Shown here in pieces: positions 25,551-40,500 of a stretch of DNA of 64,000 nucleotides (position 1 is the stretch's first letter; the number at the start of each line of letters is the position of its first letter). The notes under the pieces were generated by a model. It did no database searches. It was not told the DNA's origin and worked only from the letters and a program-made list of their open reading frames with translations. A program made the position numbers and the translations under genes. Source of the stretch: Balanoglossus misakiensis (taxonomy: Eukaryota; Animalia; Hemichordata); NCBI GenBank assembly GCA_040954595.2, contig CM082576.2:9613129-9677128 (forward strand), given 5' to 3'.

Positions 25551-28500
25551 ATGGCGGTGATGCTATCGTTGTTGTGGGGACTGCTGGCCTTAGCTGACTC
25601 GGTGCTGGCTTCCCAGCCGTGCTCGCCGGAAACGTTACAACTGAACCTCAGCTTCAAGATACAGGAAGGCGGCGCGGGGAGGAGATCGGGGAATAGGTGT
25701 TCGCGGGAAACCAAAGTTACCGTGGAGATCCCCGTCTCCGGCGGTTACAAGGAGAGCAACTGTGCCCACTGCGGCGGCTTCGAATCACTTCCCAAATTGA
25801 ACATCGGAGAGCTCGTTCCACAGTGCGGTAGGTGTTCTCCCGGACGTCCCCCATAATAATCCATACTTTCACCGAGGCTGCTCGCATCCTCGCCGTGTTG
25901 TTTACCTTGTTGGGTCCCTCATTTCCGGGTTGTCCCTCACGTTCCTTGACATTCACTGAGGTCACCCTTCAGGTCACATTGAAAGCGATCATCGGAGCGC
26001 GGAGATAGGGACGCACCCGCGATCAGCTGACTACCTGTCACAGAATTCCCTATGATGACATCGACACGGCAGACTTTTCATCTAGAGTTTCGATGACTGC
26101 ACTTAATTAAAAAAACAGTTTCCAGTTGTTCTCGTACATGCATCTCGACGTTTAAAAACTCGATGGTCATTATTGTTTTCTAATAATAATTTTTAATGTT
26201 TGTACTATATTTTGGTCGATTAGAATGCAGTTTTTAATATGCTCATCATTATCAAATCACAGTGTGTGCATAGAGCCACATAGTATGTGCTACCATTGCC
26301 AGTCTCTCTAGGGATTAAAAGTGGGATATAAAATCATTACTGCCATAATCTCCAGAGTAATAAGAAATACAGAGAGACCTAGCTGAATTCTACTATAATC
26401 CCCACATCACTATTATAACTTCAATAAACATGTCTGGAAATGTGTATCGCATTCCGCAGCTGCAGTGACAAGCACCTGCATTTGAAATGTCAAAATGCTG
26501 AATGTCCAAAACAAAACATGTAGGCAGCCAAAAGAAAAGAAAAGGAAACAAACATATCAACAACAACTGATGTTGATTTAAATTGACCTTGACCTTGTGG
26601 TGAAAGGTCAATGACCTCACAGTCACCATCTCCACAAAGAACATTCGCACCATTTTGACTTTTGCTGTTTACAAATGTCCTAAAATAAAAATTCCTCATC
26701 TTTGCCAGTCACATTCTATTTATTTTGCTACATGCACTGTGAGGGGCAGTTTTTATAAATAGTACATGTATACTCTGGGTTTACAGACGAACAAAGAGAA
26801 ACTATTTCTCTTTGTCTATGGCTTACATTAATCCATCCAATGCCCATATGCTGTCAGATGATACTAATGCCATTTAAATTGTTGCAAGGGTGTACATTAC
26901 TGTCAAATAATATCAGAGATTTTTGGTGTGTCGTCGTTTCACGGTCCCTTTGTGGAGAGGGACCATGGTTATTTTTCAAAACACTGAAATCTGTTGATGT
27001 GTCTTATTATTTGATAACCGCAGTGTTCTGAGTGTTTGACAGGTTTTATACTTTACAATGATTATTATGAATAATCGAATATGGCAATTGCTGTGTGTAA
27101 TTAATGTGCATAATTTGAGGTCATCTGGAGCATAGACCCTGTTGCTCTAGGGTCTAAGTTGGCTGGAGCTTGCGTTGCTTGGGTTTTGCTCTTCGACTAT
27201 CATCAGGTGGTTCTAGAATTGTTTAGGTGAAACTAAATAAAGGCTAAAGCATTATCCTACCTGCTCCCAGGAGAATGGCACCTGTACTGTCATCGTTGCA
27301 TGGCGCCTTTTACTTGAGTCACAGCTCACTGCTTTTATATATGTGTAAGTATTGTCATCCCAGAGATGGTGTAATACATGTGACAATACTACTTACTTGT
27401 ATCTATATACAAACAATAAAAAAACTTATACACCTAATGACTCTCAAGTGTAGTAATAAAGTTCATCATCAGATTCATTAATGTAACTGCTGGGATGTTG
27501 GAATTTGCCCGATGACGGGAACTTATGCCTTGATGGAGGGGAGGGGGCTGGGGGTGATTGATGATGGAGAAAGCTCTTAATGAGATTACTAAGCCCTGCA
27601 GCGCTGCACATCATCGTACAGAATGGGGTCAATTCTCTTGCAAATCTATAATTCATTTCTCCAAGTAATGAGCAAACAGGCGGCTATATTTATCTTGAAC
27701 CAAAGAATGTCAGGAGACAGGGAATGGATTCTCGGCTTATTCCAAGTACCGCACTTGCAGACATTTTAGAGATGCCTGTAGCATCTGACTACTAGTGTTT
27801 ATTGTCTGTCACTAATTACATTAACAGGACCAGGAGGAATTTTTTCACAAAATTTGGCAGTGTGTGTGTCTGTCTTTTTTGTGCTCGTACAGAAGATGAC
27901 AGAAGAAGTGCTCTTCTCTGACTAAAAATTTCATTAGCTACTTGCCACATCGCTTGCGTAGTCTGTACTGTTGTATATAGCCTGTTATGAATTTAAAATG
28001 CAGCTATTGCTGTTGCTTACATAGCCTTATTTAGCTCTCCTATCGTTTACGTGAATGTACGTGTATGCTATAAGATGTGTGAGAATGAGGTTCTAAATTA
28101 GCTACATGTATTTGTGACTCATGGTGAAAAGAAATAAGACTTTGGCGTGCGGTTTTGTCATTTTCGCCCAGTTTTTCTTTCTACAACTTGATTTATTATT
28201 CCTCCTTAATAAAAACACCAGGAATACAAAAGTGGCAGATGACATCCGCTCCCTGATCCTGGCGCATCCACATGTTACCATGTATCACAGAGTCCGACTT
28301 GCTAATGACAGTCATTGGGAATTGCTCATAAATTTCTCCCCACACCACCATGCGGGTCACGGCCATCAAAATTCCAAATTAAAGCTATTAAACTGAAAAT
28401 TTCACTCTCGAATTGACATCATGCCTCACACACAAGCAGTAAATGTGTCAAAGTAATGACCCCCTCCCCCCCCCCCCCCCATTACTGGCAGCATATGTTG

Positions 28501-31500
28501 GTCTATTCAATGGTAGATGTACATGGTCATAAATAATAAAAAAAACACTTTGTGTGTTATTTTTAAAAAAATAAAAAGGTAGTATTCTCAAGTCAAAGTA
28601 TAGTTCACATGATACATGTAACTTTCAATTGCCGTAATTGACGCAATAAAAAGAAATTAGTTTCTATGATAAACTCATCAAGGTCTCCCGGGAAAATGCT
28701 TTTAATTTGCATAAAGCACTTTGCGTAAATGAAGGTCTTTGTTTGAAGTTTAGAATGTGCGCACCAGTGTTATCCTATGGCATTATAGCACATGCTCAAA
28801 TACAACTGGTGTCAACCAGGCAGCAATGGTTGGGGAGGGTGGTGGTGGGGGGGGGGGGGGGGCGCTGATAAATCAGGAGAGTATGGAGAGTTCAGGCATG
28901 GCGTGTTACCCCCTCAAAGGCACAGTAACCAATAATGAAGGCAGTTTCTATTTTTATGACCTGTTGTACACTGCATTTTTTTAATCTATGATGCATCGTT
29001 CAGTACAATATGGTAATGACATGATTTGGGATGTTCTGAATCAAAAGTTGTGAATTATCTGGTCACATATGTAAGTGAACATGTAGGTGATTAACAATTT
29101 AATATGGTCACAGGTTGTGTCTGATGAAACAAATATAACTGTTTGAGCACAGCGGAAAATGTGACATTTCATATCATAAATTTTGCTCAAAATTATAATT
29201 TCGCAGATGCAATTTTCCAAATTTTGTGCAATTAAAAAACAAAGTCACAAAAATTTCAATTTTATGGGAAGGATTTGTAGTAATCGCTATATCAGATTAC
29301 ATGTATATATCCATTCTACAGCGTCCCAGTTCCCGAGTCATACCTTTCTCTTGATTTACAGTACACCTGAAAGGTGACTGTGTTTTTATGTTGACTCTAG
29401 ATTTGTGCGTGTGTTGAATTCATTTTCTTTTGATTCCCTTGACTATTCATAGAGATCAGTGGTGTTGATACAAGTATTCCGGGATTGTGTTCCGAAGGCA
29501 TCGTCAAACTCAGTGACGACGATGACGACGACGACGATGCCTGCAGTCAAACAGTGGTAGACCCTGAACTATTAAAAGTGAGTATCAAGAAATCTGTACA
29601 TGTAGGCCACACGGATGCCGCCTTTTGTTGGATGTGACGTGCGATGACAAAATTGAAACTAGAACTAGACTACAGCATGCAAGCTGGGGGCAGTTCCGTT
29701 GTTACTTGTCTCTCTCTCCCTCTCTGCCTCCACTAACCTCCCTCCCCTCTGCTGTATTCTGTTTGACGGACTCCAACCTCTCTGTTGTCGACACCTGGGT
29801 TTCTCCATCTTCCACTCACTGTTCCCCATTTTCACCACGTTCACTGTCACACATGCAAGTATGGCTTCCATGTTTACTACACATTTTTAAGAGCATGGCT
29901 AAAAAGTGCTTTCTCACGTCCCTTGAGTTTTATCCTCTTGCTGCAAACTCTCATTATTATATCCATGGCCATTGTCACAGCAACCCCTGTCATGCATGCA
30001 TGCACCACACTTACTGGCAACAGATGTACAGACATGATTACCCCTTTGGACAGAAAATTTGATTGTTTTGAGGGGGGAAGCACATTGTAAGCTGATACAC
30101 ACTAGGTAGGATTAATTTCGGCTTTGAGAAGCAGTTTTTAGTCCTCGGCTCTTGCATGAGTTCTTGTTGACATTGTGAATGCATATGTCGTTTGCGTAGC
30201 CTTTGTCACCCCTCCTCCCTGAAATATTTATCAAGTTAATCTATTTGCTATTAGATAAAACATGTCAAATGTGTTAATTTGTCAATTGCAATTAGCAATG
30301 TCGCCCTAGCATTGCTCGATCAGTTCGGGGTCGACAGAGATGCTGGGATCGTTTTGTTTTCATTTTTACCCGAGCCCAGGTGCCTGTTGATCTCCCCATT
30401 TCGTTTGGGATGCACATGCAGGGAATTTTACCTGCAGCACATGCAGCTTTACATATTTCACATCTTTTAACGAGGTTGCAACGGGTCAGTGGTTTATCAT
30501 AATTTGTTGATGACGTCATGTGCGCACAGACACACGTATTCCATGGTAATTGGATAATCCTCATCTATTGTTTGCGTTTTGAGTCTCATCACCATTCTTG
30601 CAGGCAACCATCAAATGTTCCTTAATGGTGGAACATAAAGAGAACTGTTACCTGTTGGTGTCTCCCCCCATAAATTTGGCACCGCGTGTAGTCACATAAA
30701 TATATTTATGCAGAGCTAGTCACTTCTCTCTCCCCCCTCTACTCCCCCAAGATGAGATTTTGGGTGTCTTGGATATTTTTGCTTATAAACCCACCGTTCT
30801 TTGTTTTGCACGCATTTTTCTGCAACCAGCAATATGCGTCGACGATTGTGGACCGGAAAATGGTGCCTTTTGCAACCGGAGATGTGAAGTTGGATCTCAA
30901 GATGGGTAAGTTCAATGTTTGTTTGTTTTTTCGCTGCCGAATTACTTCTAATTATTTTTTTTCTTTGCAAACAGTAAGAAGTGAACATTGAAAAGTGTTA
31001 TGCTGTTTGAAATGATTGGGTAATTTTTAGCTTGCTCAGACAGAACCATTGTTCCATTTAATACTCAGGAACAGAGATAGTTCTGGGTAATATTTCTCAT
31101 AAATTTATTTGATTTCCCCCAAACTGTGAAGAAATTATTCGTTCCTAGCTAATTTACGGTCAGGATTCAGGAAATATATTTCGTCATTCTTTTTTCTCAC
31201 TTGCGATATATATCTGTCTCTTTGCTTCTTGATTTAAAATAAAAAGCCTACGGCATCGTGTTGCTCAACACCGGAAACCTGGATAAGTGCATTGAGGAGT
31301 TAACAGATCTGATCCAAGAAAATCCACGAGTCGTCGGCGCTTACCACGTACGAGGTGCTGCGTACGCCAAGAAGGGCTTCCAGGTGGGTGGTCACCATGG
31401 CGACACTGCTTTCACAGTGTGGCACGCTGCAATGTTTTCAGCGTCGCACCCGTAAAGGGCCACTTTGTGACGGTGAACATCTTATGCAGACTTCTAAAAG

Positions 31501-34500
31501 TTAACGAGCTGATCTCGTCGATTGTAGATGTCACCTTCATTGTGCGGTCCCACCTTGTCACCATTTTAATTGCTTCCTGAAACATCGTTCAATTAGAACC
31601 TGGGATTCACTTGACAATTGTGTCTGTTCACACATCTTGACCTTCATTGGAATAATTAGATAAAAGCTGTGAAAAAAGGTTGGGCAGTGGGTAACGTTTG
31701 ACGTAATATAGAGATCTTTTAATGAAATTTCCATCTTTTTTGAGCAATATATAGTACTTACACTAGTGCCGCATCTTTCCTTGCTTATACATGTATTGTT
31801 CTGAGGTCTGCAATACTGTTCCTTGTACAAATTTACCATGCTTTGTATGTGTATCCTGAAAGACTTGTACAAATCTATGAAATACCTAGTGAGACTGTCA
31901 GGTTTATACTTTTAAGGTGATATGTCAGTTTGATTTGGTGGTCGATTGACAGACCTTTGTAACCCGGAGGGAGGGCACTTGTATCACAGATACTATACAA
32001 GTTTGTCCAGTACAAACATGTTATATTTGTCATTGATAGCTTGGAGATCAACTCATTATTGTCAATGATCTTTTGCATTATTTCTGCTGGCAACCAGCAA
32101 AATTTGTGCTGAGCATAAACAGTCTAATTTTATTTGTTGATACATGTATTTACAAAACAGGAGCGGTCATGTGAATAATAGTATGCTGGAGTTTGGGCAA
32201 AACAGTTTCAGCTGTGTTGCTTGTTGTAATTAGTTGTATAGTGGAGCCAGAGCTGTCTAAACAGATTTCATTCAGACCTGAGCATAGTACACAAGTGCAC
32301 CTGGATTGCTTTCCCAGTTTCCCAATACAGCCATTCCCATCACTTTGTTTTACCATGTGCCCCTGCACTGCCGTCTCGTTGCCAATTTACAGTGAATAAA
32401 TTGCTTATCTGGTCTGACATCGCTGAACTGACTACATTCAAAATTGTCACTGGGACAAAGTATCGGTATTATGTCATACTCGTGATGCACATCAAATGGT
32501 CACATGTACACGGTTGCCAGGTGGCCATTGATGAAATCCTTGTCCTGTCTGGAGCAATTACCCAGACATGACTCCACAGGTTGGGATCATGCTGTGGCGC
32601 ACGAGGGCAGTGTGTGGTGGTGTCATTTATGTGAATTTATTCATGTTATCACTCGGTTTGCCTGTGCCTGACTGTCATTTTTTAGAGACATTCTGGTTAG
32701 CCTCATCAGTGTGTTGATCCTGCGGAGACTGTGTCATTGACAATGACTTCTTACTTTGATATTAACCAGTACCCAGTGTGTACTTTTATTGGGGAGAAAA
32801 TACTTGAAAATAATTCATAACTGTATTAATAATGCCTTGTAAAACTAGCGAATAGATGGACTGTGAAACTACATGTACACAAGATAACAGTGTATTCAGT
32901 CTCTGTCTCTCCATACATACATGACCATGTATACAGTGGCCAATTTCACTTTCATTTTCATGGGAGGCTGTAATTTCGCATTGATATTCCACAGAAAACA
33001 CTCAAATTACACCGGTGTTGTGAAAATTGCACCATTTCGCCCAAATAACTGTCCTGACCATGCTCATTGCTGCTTTTATCAGCCAGAAGTGGAACGTGAG
33101 AGCTTGTACTTTTGTGCAGTTATTTGGGAAATTAACATTGAAAGTGGGGGTATCAGTTTCCAGTCGACGGAAAAGACACAGTGGTAGCTGAGCTAGTATC
33201 ATGGAATTTTGAGTGACATGTTTGCGGAGTTGCTTCCGTAGACACGAGTTGAATGTTGCAGTCCTGGAGTGGTAAGGGATCAGAGTGTCGTGTAATTGAA
33301 ATGAGAATGAGAATCAACTCGATATGTTTTTGAGGTGCTGAATGTTGATGCTGTCCATTTGACGCGAAGATTGCTCCATTAAAGAGTGCTTTCCCCCCGG
33401 TTTAAGATCGCAGGAGACCCCTTGTATCCCGGCCTCTTTCAAGTCTCGGTGATTTTAGTTTCAAAGTAAAAGTCTGGTCATGTCATTGGCCTCCCTGGCA
33501 GATGTCAGCTTGTTACTGCACTTCTACGAAAGATGTAAGGGAAGTTTTTAAAGTGTAGAAATCATATCTTAGGCTGCTCCCCTAAAATTTGGCTCCGTAC
33601 ATGATTCTCACTCAGTGAAAATAATGCAAAAGTGATATCGTTAATTGCCCCTTCCACATTCATTCACCATAGTGCAGTTCTTGTTTTAGGGTTAATTATC
33701 TTCACTCACGTGGAAAGAAATGGACTATCTCTGGTGTGTAATAATTATTACCCTGGGCATCTGACCGATTTAATTGAAGATATTTATGCAGGTAGAACAG
33801 GAACACCCTCCAATGAGGAGATAGTGTGTCAAACAGCGTCACTGAATATCGTGAATGGTGTTATTTTTAGTCTCAGCGTACGAGTTTCAACAAATATCTA
33901 GCATGCTGTTCGTTTTAAAATTAGCACTTACTTATACGAAAGGCCAGAGTTTAAAATAATGACTTTTCAGACAGTTAAAAGTCTGGCAGTCTCTGGGGGT
34001 GAAAAGCTTTTATGTATGCTAAATCACTGTGGGATTATTTTTCTAACTTGAATTTCTCAATAAAAATAGTTTGAGTTTTAAAATAACTTTCAAACAATTT
34101 TTAATTTTTAAGATAACACTGAGATAAAGTAGCACCTCTGTTTGGATCCTTTTAGAATGCCGACTTGGCGACAGGAGATCTGAGCAAAGCCATCCAGCTG
34201 CAGCCCAATGCTCCGGAAGGTTGGGAAAGAAGAGCAGAGGTAGGTTTCCGTGGCAACCCCATCCACAGCGAAAAGATGCAATACGTCAAAAAGACGTTGC
34301 GTTGTCAAATCTAGCTCATTTGAAGATGATGCGAGTACAAATATCACATTTTGTCTCCAAGTCTACTGGTGTGATGACGCCAGCATGTTGGCGAAATGAA
34401 TAAAAAAGTTTTCAAAAGAAACATTGGGTGGTAATGGGAGAAAGCTTGACTTTCTGTTCCATGGTGTCGTCGTGGAGAATTCACGGAAGGAAAAAATTTC

Positions 34501-37500
34501 ATCATCACGTTCACCATCTCAGTGGTGTGTCTCCGTGGTTACTTTAATGTCTGTGCGTCTAGCGATCGCTTGTTTCATTTGTTGTTTCTTCTTCTTCTTT
34601 AGATCTACATGTCGGTTGGGAGAACCAATGAGGCGTTGGCAGACTTGACAACGGCACTGACGCTGCAGGCATCGGCCAAGGCCTACGCTTACAGAGGAAC
34701 CGTCCACTTCAAAGAGGAGGTGAGCCCAAACAAACAAACAAATATTGCGGGTGGGATGTGGGGCGTCAAGTCTAAGTGGGTGGTTGGCTTCAAAAAAGAT
34801 TGTATATCTCCAGCAATACAACATATAAATTTGCCACCTTGAATTTTTAGCTGTTGTGTTAATTTGATTTTCCGACGACATAACCTAAAAGGCAGACAGT
34901 GCTGTGCTTGCTACTTTTCTCTTGCCCTCTCTCAAAAACGGTGAGGGACAGAGGCTTGTGTTGACATCAGAATACCAAGATAACGCAGAAATCAAGCGAA
35001 ATCTGCCTAAGTTTGCTTGTGATTGGTATTAAAACGACTGGACTGAGCCCTGGAATATAGAGATGCGCAAATTGTCCATTCCTCGAAAAATCTCATTAAG
35101 AACTGATTAAACTCAGGTGCAACTTTATGAGTCATGACGTGTTTTGCCGCTTACACAGTACAAAACATCTGGTCAACTTGTACCCCTGCGGATAGTTTCC
35201 TTAACCCACGCCAACCCAGCATACCATGTGGTATGGCCCAGCTGTACCCTACGGCATACTTCACTTGTTTCAGCTCACATACAAGTACTCAGGGAAGACT
35301 AATATATGACTAGAATGAGCAACACAGGAGGTACAATTTTTGCCAGTTGATATTCACAGCCTTGACCACAGAAATATGAAAATTGACAGCATGGCATTCC
35401 ACTAATTCCTGTTTTGAACAGTGATTAATTTACGGTGCACACCAGAAATTATATCACTGAACAGTTTTTGCCAGTGTATCTGCGATGATTGATAATGTAG
35501 CTTCAGTAAGCAGAACAACAAAAATATTTTATCGCCTGAGACAAAAAAAAAGCATCAGAAGGTAATGACCTTGTCCCCCTAATAGGATGATAATGCTTGG
35601 TTTATCCTCAGACAGATTGCCCGCAGGCAAATCAACAAGTGGGCTGCGATCAGAACCAACAAACAGATCTATTAATTAATGAGGTCACTCTATCTCTGAG
35701 CTTTGGCTTGTACTTTCTGCCTGGTAGGCAAATGTTCTCAATAATCGCTCGGTGGAGTTTGAGACACCAGGGGTTTGTGTGTGATGTGTCCTTACTCCGT
35801 CTGCCAGATGGCGTTCATGCCCTTCATAACGATGATTTTTTTGTGCAGTTGCTTCTGCATGGTTACTCCCAAGAAATGGGCAACAACAAGCCATAGGAAT
35901 TGGCCCTTGCTCTCATTAGAAGGATGCCTCGCCCCGCCAACGCGAAAAATGTCGAAAAAATGACAGTAATGCCTGTTGCACCCGGTAATTAAATTCTTTG
36001 AGTTCGGCAAGACTCATAGTTTCAGAAATGAGGATTTTTGACATGATACAAGGGAATGTATTATATTTGTTTCACCTTTTTTTAATAATCTGCTGTCGCA
36101 TTCCCATTCATTCAACCCCAGTGGTCATGACATTCTGCGCGCCAAACATGCGGTTAAAACTCTCGCTTGATTTAACTTCTGGGGAGCTCATGCACGCACT
36201 GACCGAGTGGCCAGCCATGTAACTATAAGTGAAGGTCCAGCTATGTGAGAAACTATTCTGGCAGATATCGTAGCCGCGTGGATGGTTTCTGTAGATGTGC
36301 AAGCTACTCTGTCATGAAAGATTGTTTGCTGTTGGTGGCAGTGTCAGCCCAACCAGTAATCTGTCAACAACATTCCCAGCAAGTTCAGTTACCGCCACCA
36401 CTACCGTCACAAAAAGAAACAACGTAAACTGGTGTTAGAATCATATTTGACACTGAGACTCCAGTGACTTGATATCCTCATGGGCAAAGAATTCTGCAAA
36501 TTCGTTTCATTCTGCGTGCTTTTGTGAACACCAGAATGAAACGCAAACCAGATGCTGCAATGCAGGTTGCCATTTGGAAAGTGAAAATGTGATTTTACAC
36601 TTGACCCCTATGATCGTCATTAAAATAAGCATGTTGCTGCACAATTCCCAAATGAAAGGAGAATTCAGGTTTGTATATGTGCAGCTCCATTTGACCATTT
36701 CCAGAAATTGCAGTATTATCAGCCTTATTTTTTAACGCTGTGAGTTTAGGCTGCTCTAATTTCATTCAGCAAAACACACAAAGCACACAGCAGTCGGTAT
36801 AGGAACTACAGACATGGTTAGTGTCACTGTCCATCGTTAGTTAACTTGTCACAAGCCTTCACCAGTATCCCCTCTGCAGACGTTCTGAACAACCCAAGCA
36901 TAAAAAGAAACACAGGCATTAGCTTCTCGGTACAGTAGCTGAAGTGTGTGTGTCGATCAGGCCAATCTACATGCTGCGATGGGTCAATTAAAAATATTGG
37001 GACACAACCGGGACATGTACCTCTTTAGCAGAAACATTGTTTTGTAACAACTGTTTCGGACTCCCCGCTGCTGTCGCTGGGGTGAATGTTGTTATGGCTG
37101 GGCGGGGGGAAGTGTGATATACATGTAGCATACCATCCGTACATACCTGACTTGTTACTGCGTTGCTGTTTTGTTGCGTGATTGCATGGCTGTTCATAGG
37201 ACCGATGTAATTGCAGACGGGCAGAGTGTTCTCCCTGCTTGAACATTTTACTAGCCACCCCTGGCCAATTTGCTTTTGGAAATTTGTATCGGCCACCATG
37301 TACATGTATATGCCATATGCCTGAGAAGAGGTGCGTGATCAAGATCATGTCAAGTTGCTGATAAAAGTTGTAGCCACAATGTAAAACCCAGGAAAAGAAG
37401 TGAAAATCGTTTGTTGCAAATGAAAGTTTAACCCTACATCGACTATTCACTATACGCATAGATACTTTCATGCTAGACTATGTGTGCAAGATGACAGAAT

Positions 37501-40500
37501 GATTGAAGATAATCGCAGTTTGACTTAGAAATGTTTTACAGGCTTTTTGTGCCCACAACAGTAGATGACATATTGTAATTGCCATGTCCTCATGGGTATG
37601 CTGTAGTCCGTGGCATTTATATACTTTGTTGATGGATTTGGAGGGGGGCTGTTAAGTCTCATGCAGTGATTCATATTTGTATTTCAAAGATGGTGGTCAT
37701 CGCGTTCCATTGTGTACCACGTATTTCTCCCTTGAACTGATGACAGGTGCCAATGTCGTCGGCGTTGCAGGCCGCATTCTGACACCACGGGGAATCTCGC
37801 CACTTCAGAGCCCAACCGTCGGATTCCACCAATGCTAGCAATTCGCCTTTTTATCCACGCAGAATTACCTTGCCGCTGAGGAGGACTTCAAGAAATCCCT
37901 GGAACTCGACAAGAACCAGTCGGAGATCATGCACTTTCACGGGCTGGGGCTCTACCACCAGGGGAAAATTAAGGTGAGTGGTGCCCTCTAGAGTTGGACT
38001 GAGACGAAAGAAAAGAGTCAGAACAGGTGTTATGTTTCAGAGAAAAAGAAACTGCAGTTTTTGTTTGCTGTGGCTTTTTTTCTCAAGTCAGTAAAAACTG
38101 ATCATTTTAAAGTTAACTTTTCATTCAAGCTAGGGTAGGGAACAGTACACAACTATGTTACTTCCTGAGCTAACAAACAGATTATGCCAGTTCAACATAC
38201 TGTAATATCTTACTCGAATGGACTGTCAAGAGTAAACACCCTTGCATATCAGGGAAATTTTTCATCCTTCGTTTCTGATACAGATTTAGTGTGATCACTT
38301 CACCAATCGTAATGAGATATTCCAGTGATATTAGGCGGTTGAATTCCCCAACAAATTCATAGTAACCATAGGCGGCATTCTTGTCTGCACTCTTCGGATG
38401 ACAATTGTTATTAAGGCCGTGTTCGCTCGACGGGAGTTCTTGACGTCAAAAAAAGATCGCACTATTTCCGTCAGACTGAGGGGTAAAAATAGCCCTGGCA
38501 TGCCTGGTGAAGTACTCGTAAATAAGTCACTGATTGCAGCTGTTTCCGCCGTTGATGTCATGCAACTTGAAAGCAGTTAGAGGGAAATTGAAAAGAAATT
38601 ATTGTATTTTTAGACGGAAGGGAGAGTAATTTGTTTTTGAAAATGATCGTCTGGAAGCAGAAACAAGACAAGGACTTCTAGACGTGTTCTGTTTCTGATA
38701 CAGGGATGTGAACAGAAGTCAAAAGTGTTCTGCCCGAAGAGAGGCTGGATCAGCAAAACTTTTTCCCACTGCCTGTGATTTTGAATAAAATTTGAAAGGA
38801 CGTAGGATACTGCCAGTTTAAAAATCACTTTGCATCAAGAAGGAACTTCTCAACTTTTTAACATAAAGTTTAAAGCTTTCAAGGGGAAAGTAATGAATGT
38901 ACATGTATACATGTATTGCACAAACCAACTTGACCATGGTACAGAGCTTTATTTCTGTCATCATTTTCTGTGAGAATTTATGACGTCACCACTTTTTAAT
39001 GTGATGTCTTGCTGCCCAATGATAATGTTAGTGTGTTGGCCATTCCTTTTCCTGTAGGAGTCAATTGAAGTATTTCACAAAACCATAGAATTGCAGCCAG
39101 AGTGCGTTGATTGCATTAGGAGTCTTGGACATGCCTACAGGTGAGTTTGATACAACCTGAATCCAAGATGGCTGCCACGGTTACCAAGATGGCTGCCGTT
39201 ACCGTCAAGTTGGTCTTTCTTGCTTTGCAAGCATACTAGTACATTCAAAAGTGTGAAACTTGTAACAGCATATTACTTTTGAGTGCAACCTAACTACACA
39301 TCATTTGGCTTCACTGGGAATTTCTTGAAGAATTTGACAGTAACTATTTTTTCATGTTGTGATACGCAATAACTCTGGGACGGTGTTATAATCTGCTTGT
39401 AGTCGTCGTCATTTAATGGGAGACAGAATTCCAGACATAAACAGCGTTGCAACATAGGCATGGTAATTGTTCTTGTCAACACAGTGAGGATTCTTAAAAA
39501 CATCAAGAAAACACAGACCATCTCTTTGACATTTCAGTAGGCATGTTATTTTCTTTAAGATTCCATCACATACACATATAATGTACCCCTCTTCTGCTAG
39601 TCACAACTGCCTTGGTCTCATAAAAAGAAAAAAAAATGGGTCGATCTTTAAGCCTGGTGACGTCACTTCACTGATTCTCCCCAACTTGTTTATTTTTCAC
39701 TGTCAATTTATTATTCGCATCTTTTTTCCCGCCAGAGAGTTGGGTGACTTTGAATCAGCCATGGCACATTTTAACTCAGCGTTAAGTCTGCAAGAAGATC
39801 ACATCCAGTCCTTGCAACTCAGAGGCTCGCTGCTCTACCAGAGTGGAAGACCTTTAGAGGCCTTAGAAAATTTCAAAGTAAATTTCCAAAGATTTTTTCT
39901 TATATCTTCCAAAAAATTAAAGATGACACTGCTCAACAAATTTTGTTCTCAAGTATTCGGTGCCATCACCGATAATCTCAGTTGATTGATTGAACTCTTG
40001 CTATTTCCATCCCTTTCTCTTTCAGAGCTGCACTGTGTTAGATCCAAACAACGAAGCCTGCGAATACATGCGTGGTCTTTCCCACGCAGCCATCGGCCAG
40101 TTCTACGAGGCCGTCAAATCCAACACAAAAGTTGTGCTCAACCCACCGTCTCCACGACAGAAACACACAAATGAATTTGGCAGGGTGCTTTATCTCAGAG
40201 GTTGGTGGAATTCTTTTCATATTGTTCGCTGTTATGAAACACTTAAAGAGAGCCCAGATTTGGAAAGAAATGTCTTGCAGACAACTCATTTCTTCCACCA
40301 AGTCAGCATGACGTGAATTAACCATGACTGTTATCCTGCAGTAGAGAGAGCTTCAAAGTTCATTTCAACCTCAGAAATTAAAAAAGAAGGAGATATTTCT
40401 GAATGATTGTTTTAAACGTTAAGGCCATGAAGAAGGGTAATTGTCTATCTACTAGGTTTAATTCAACAATCAAATCTTTGTTTTCCAGTTTCATTAAATT

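Noticed and set aside
31851-31858. GTATCCTG in a TTC13 intron as another U12 donor
   Set aside because: Imperfect consensus and not at the end of any identifiable exon.
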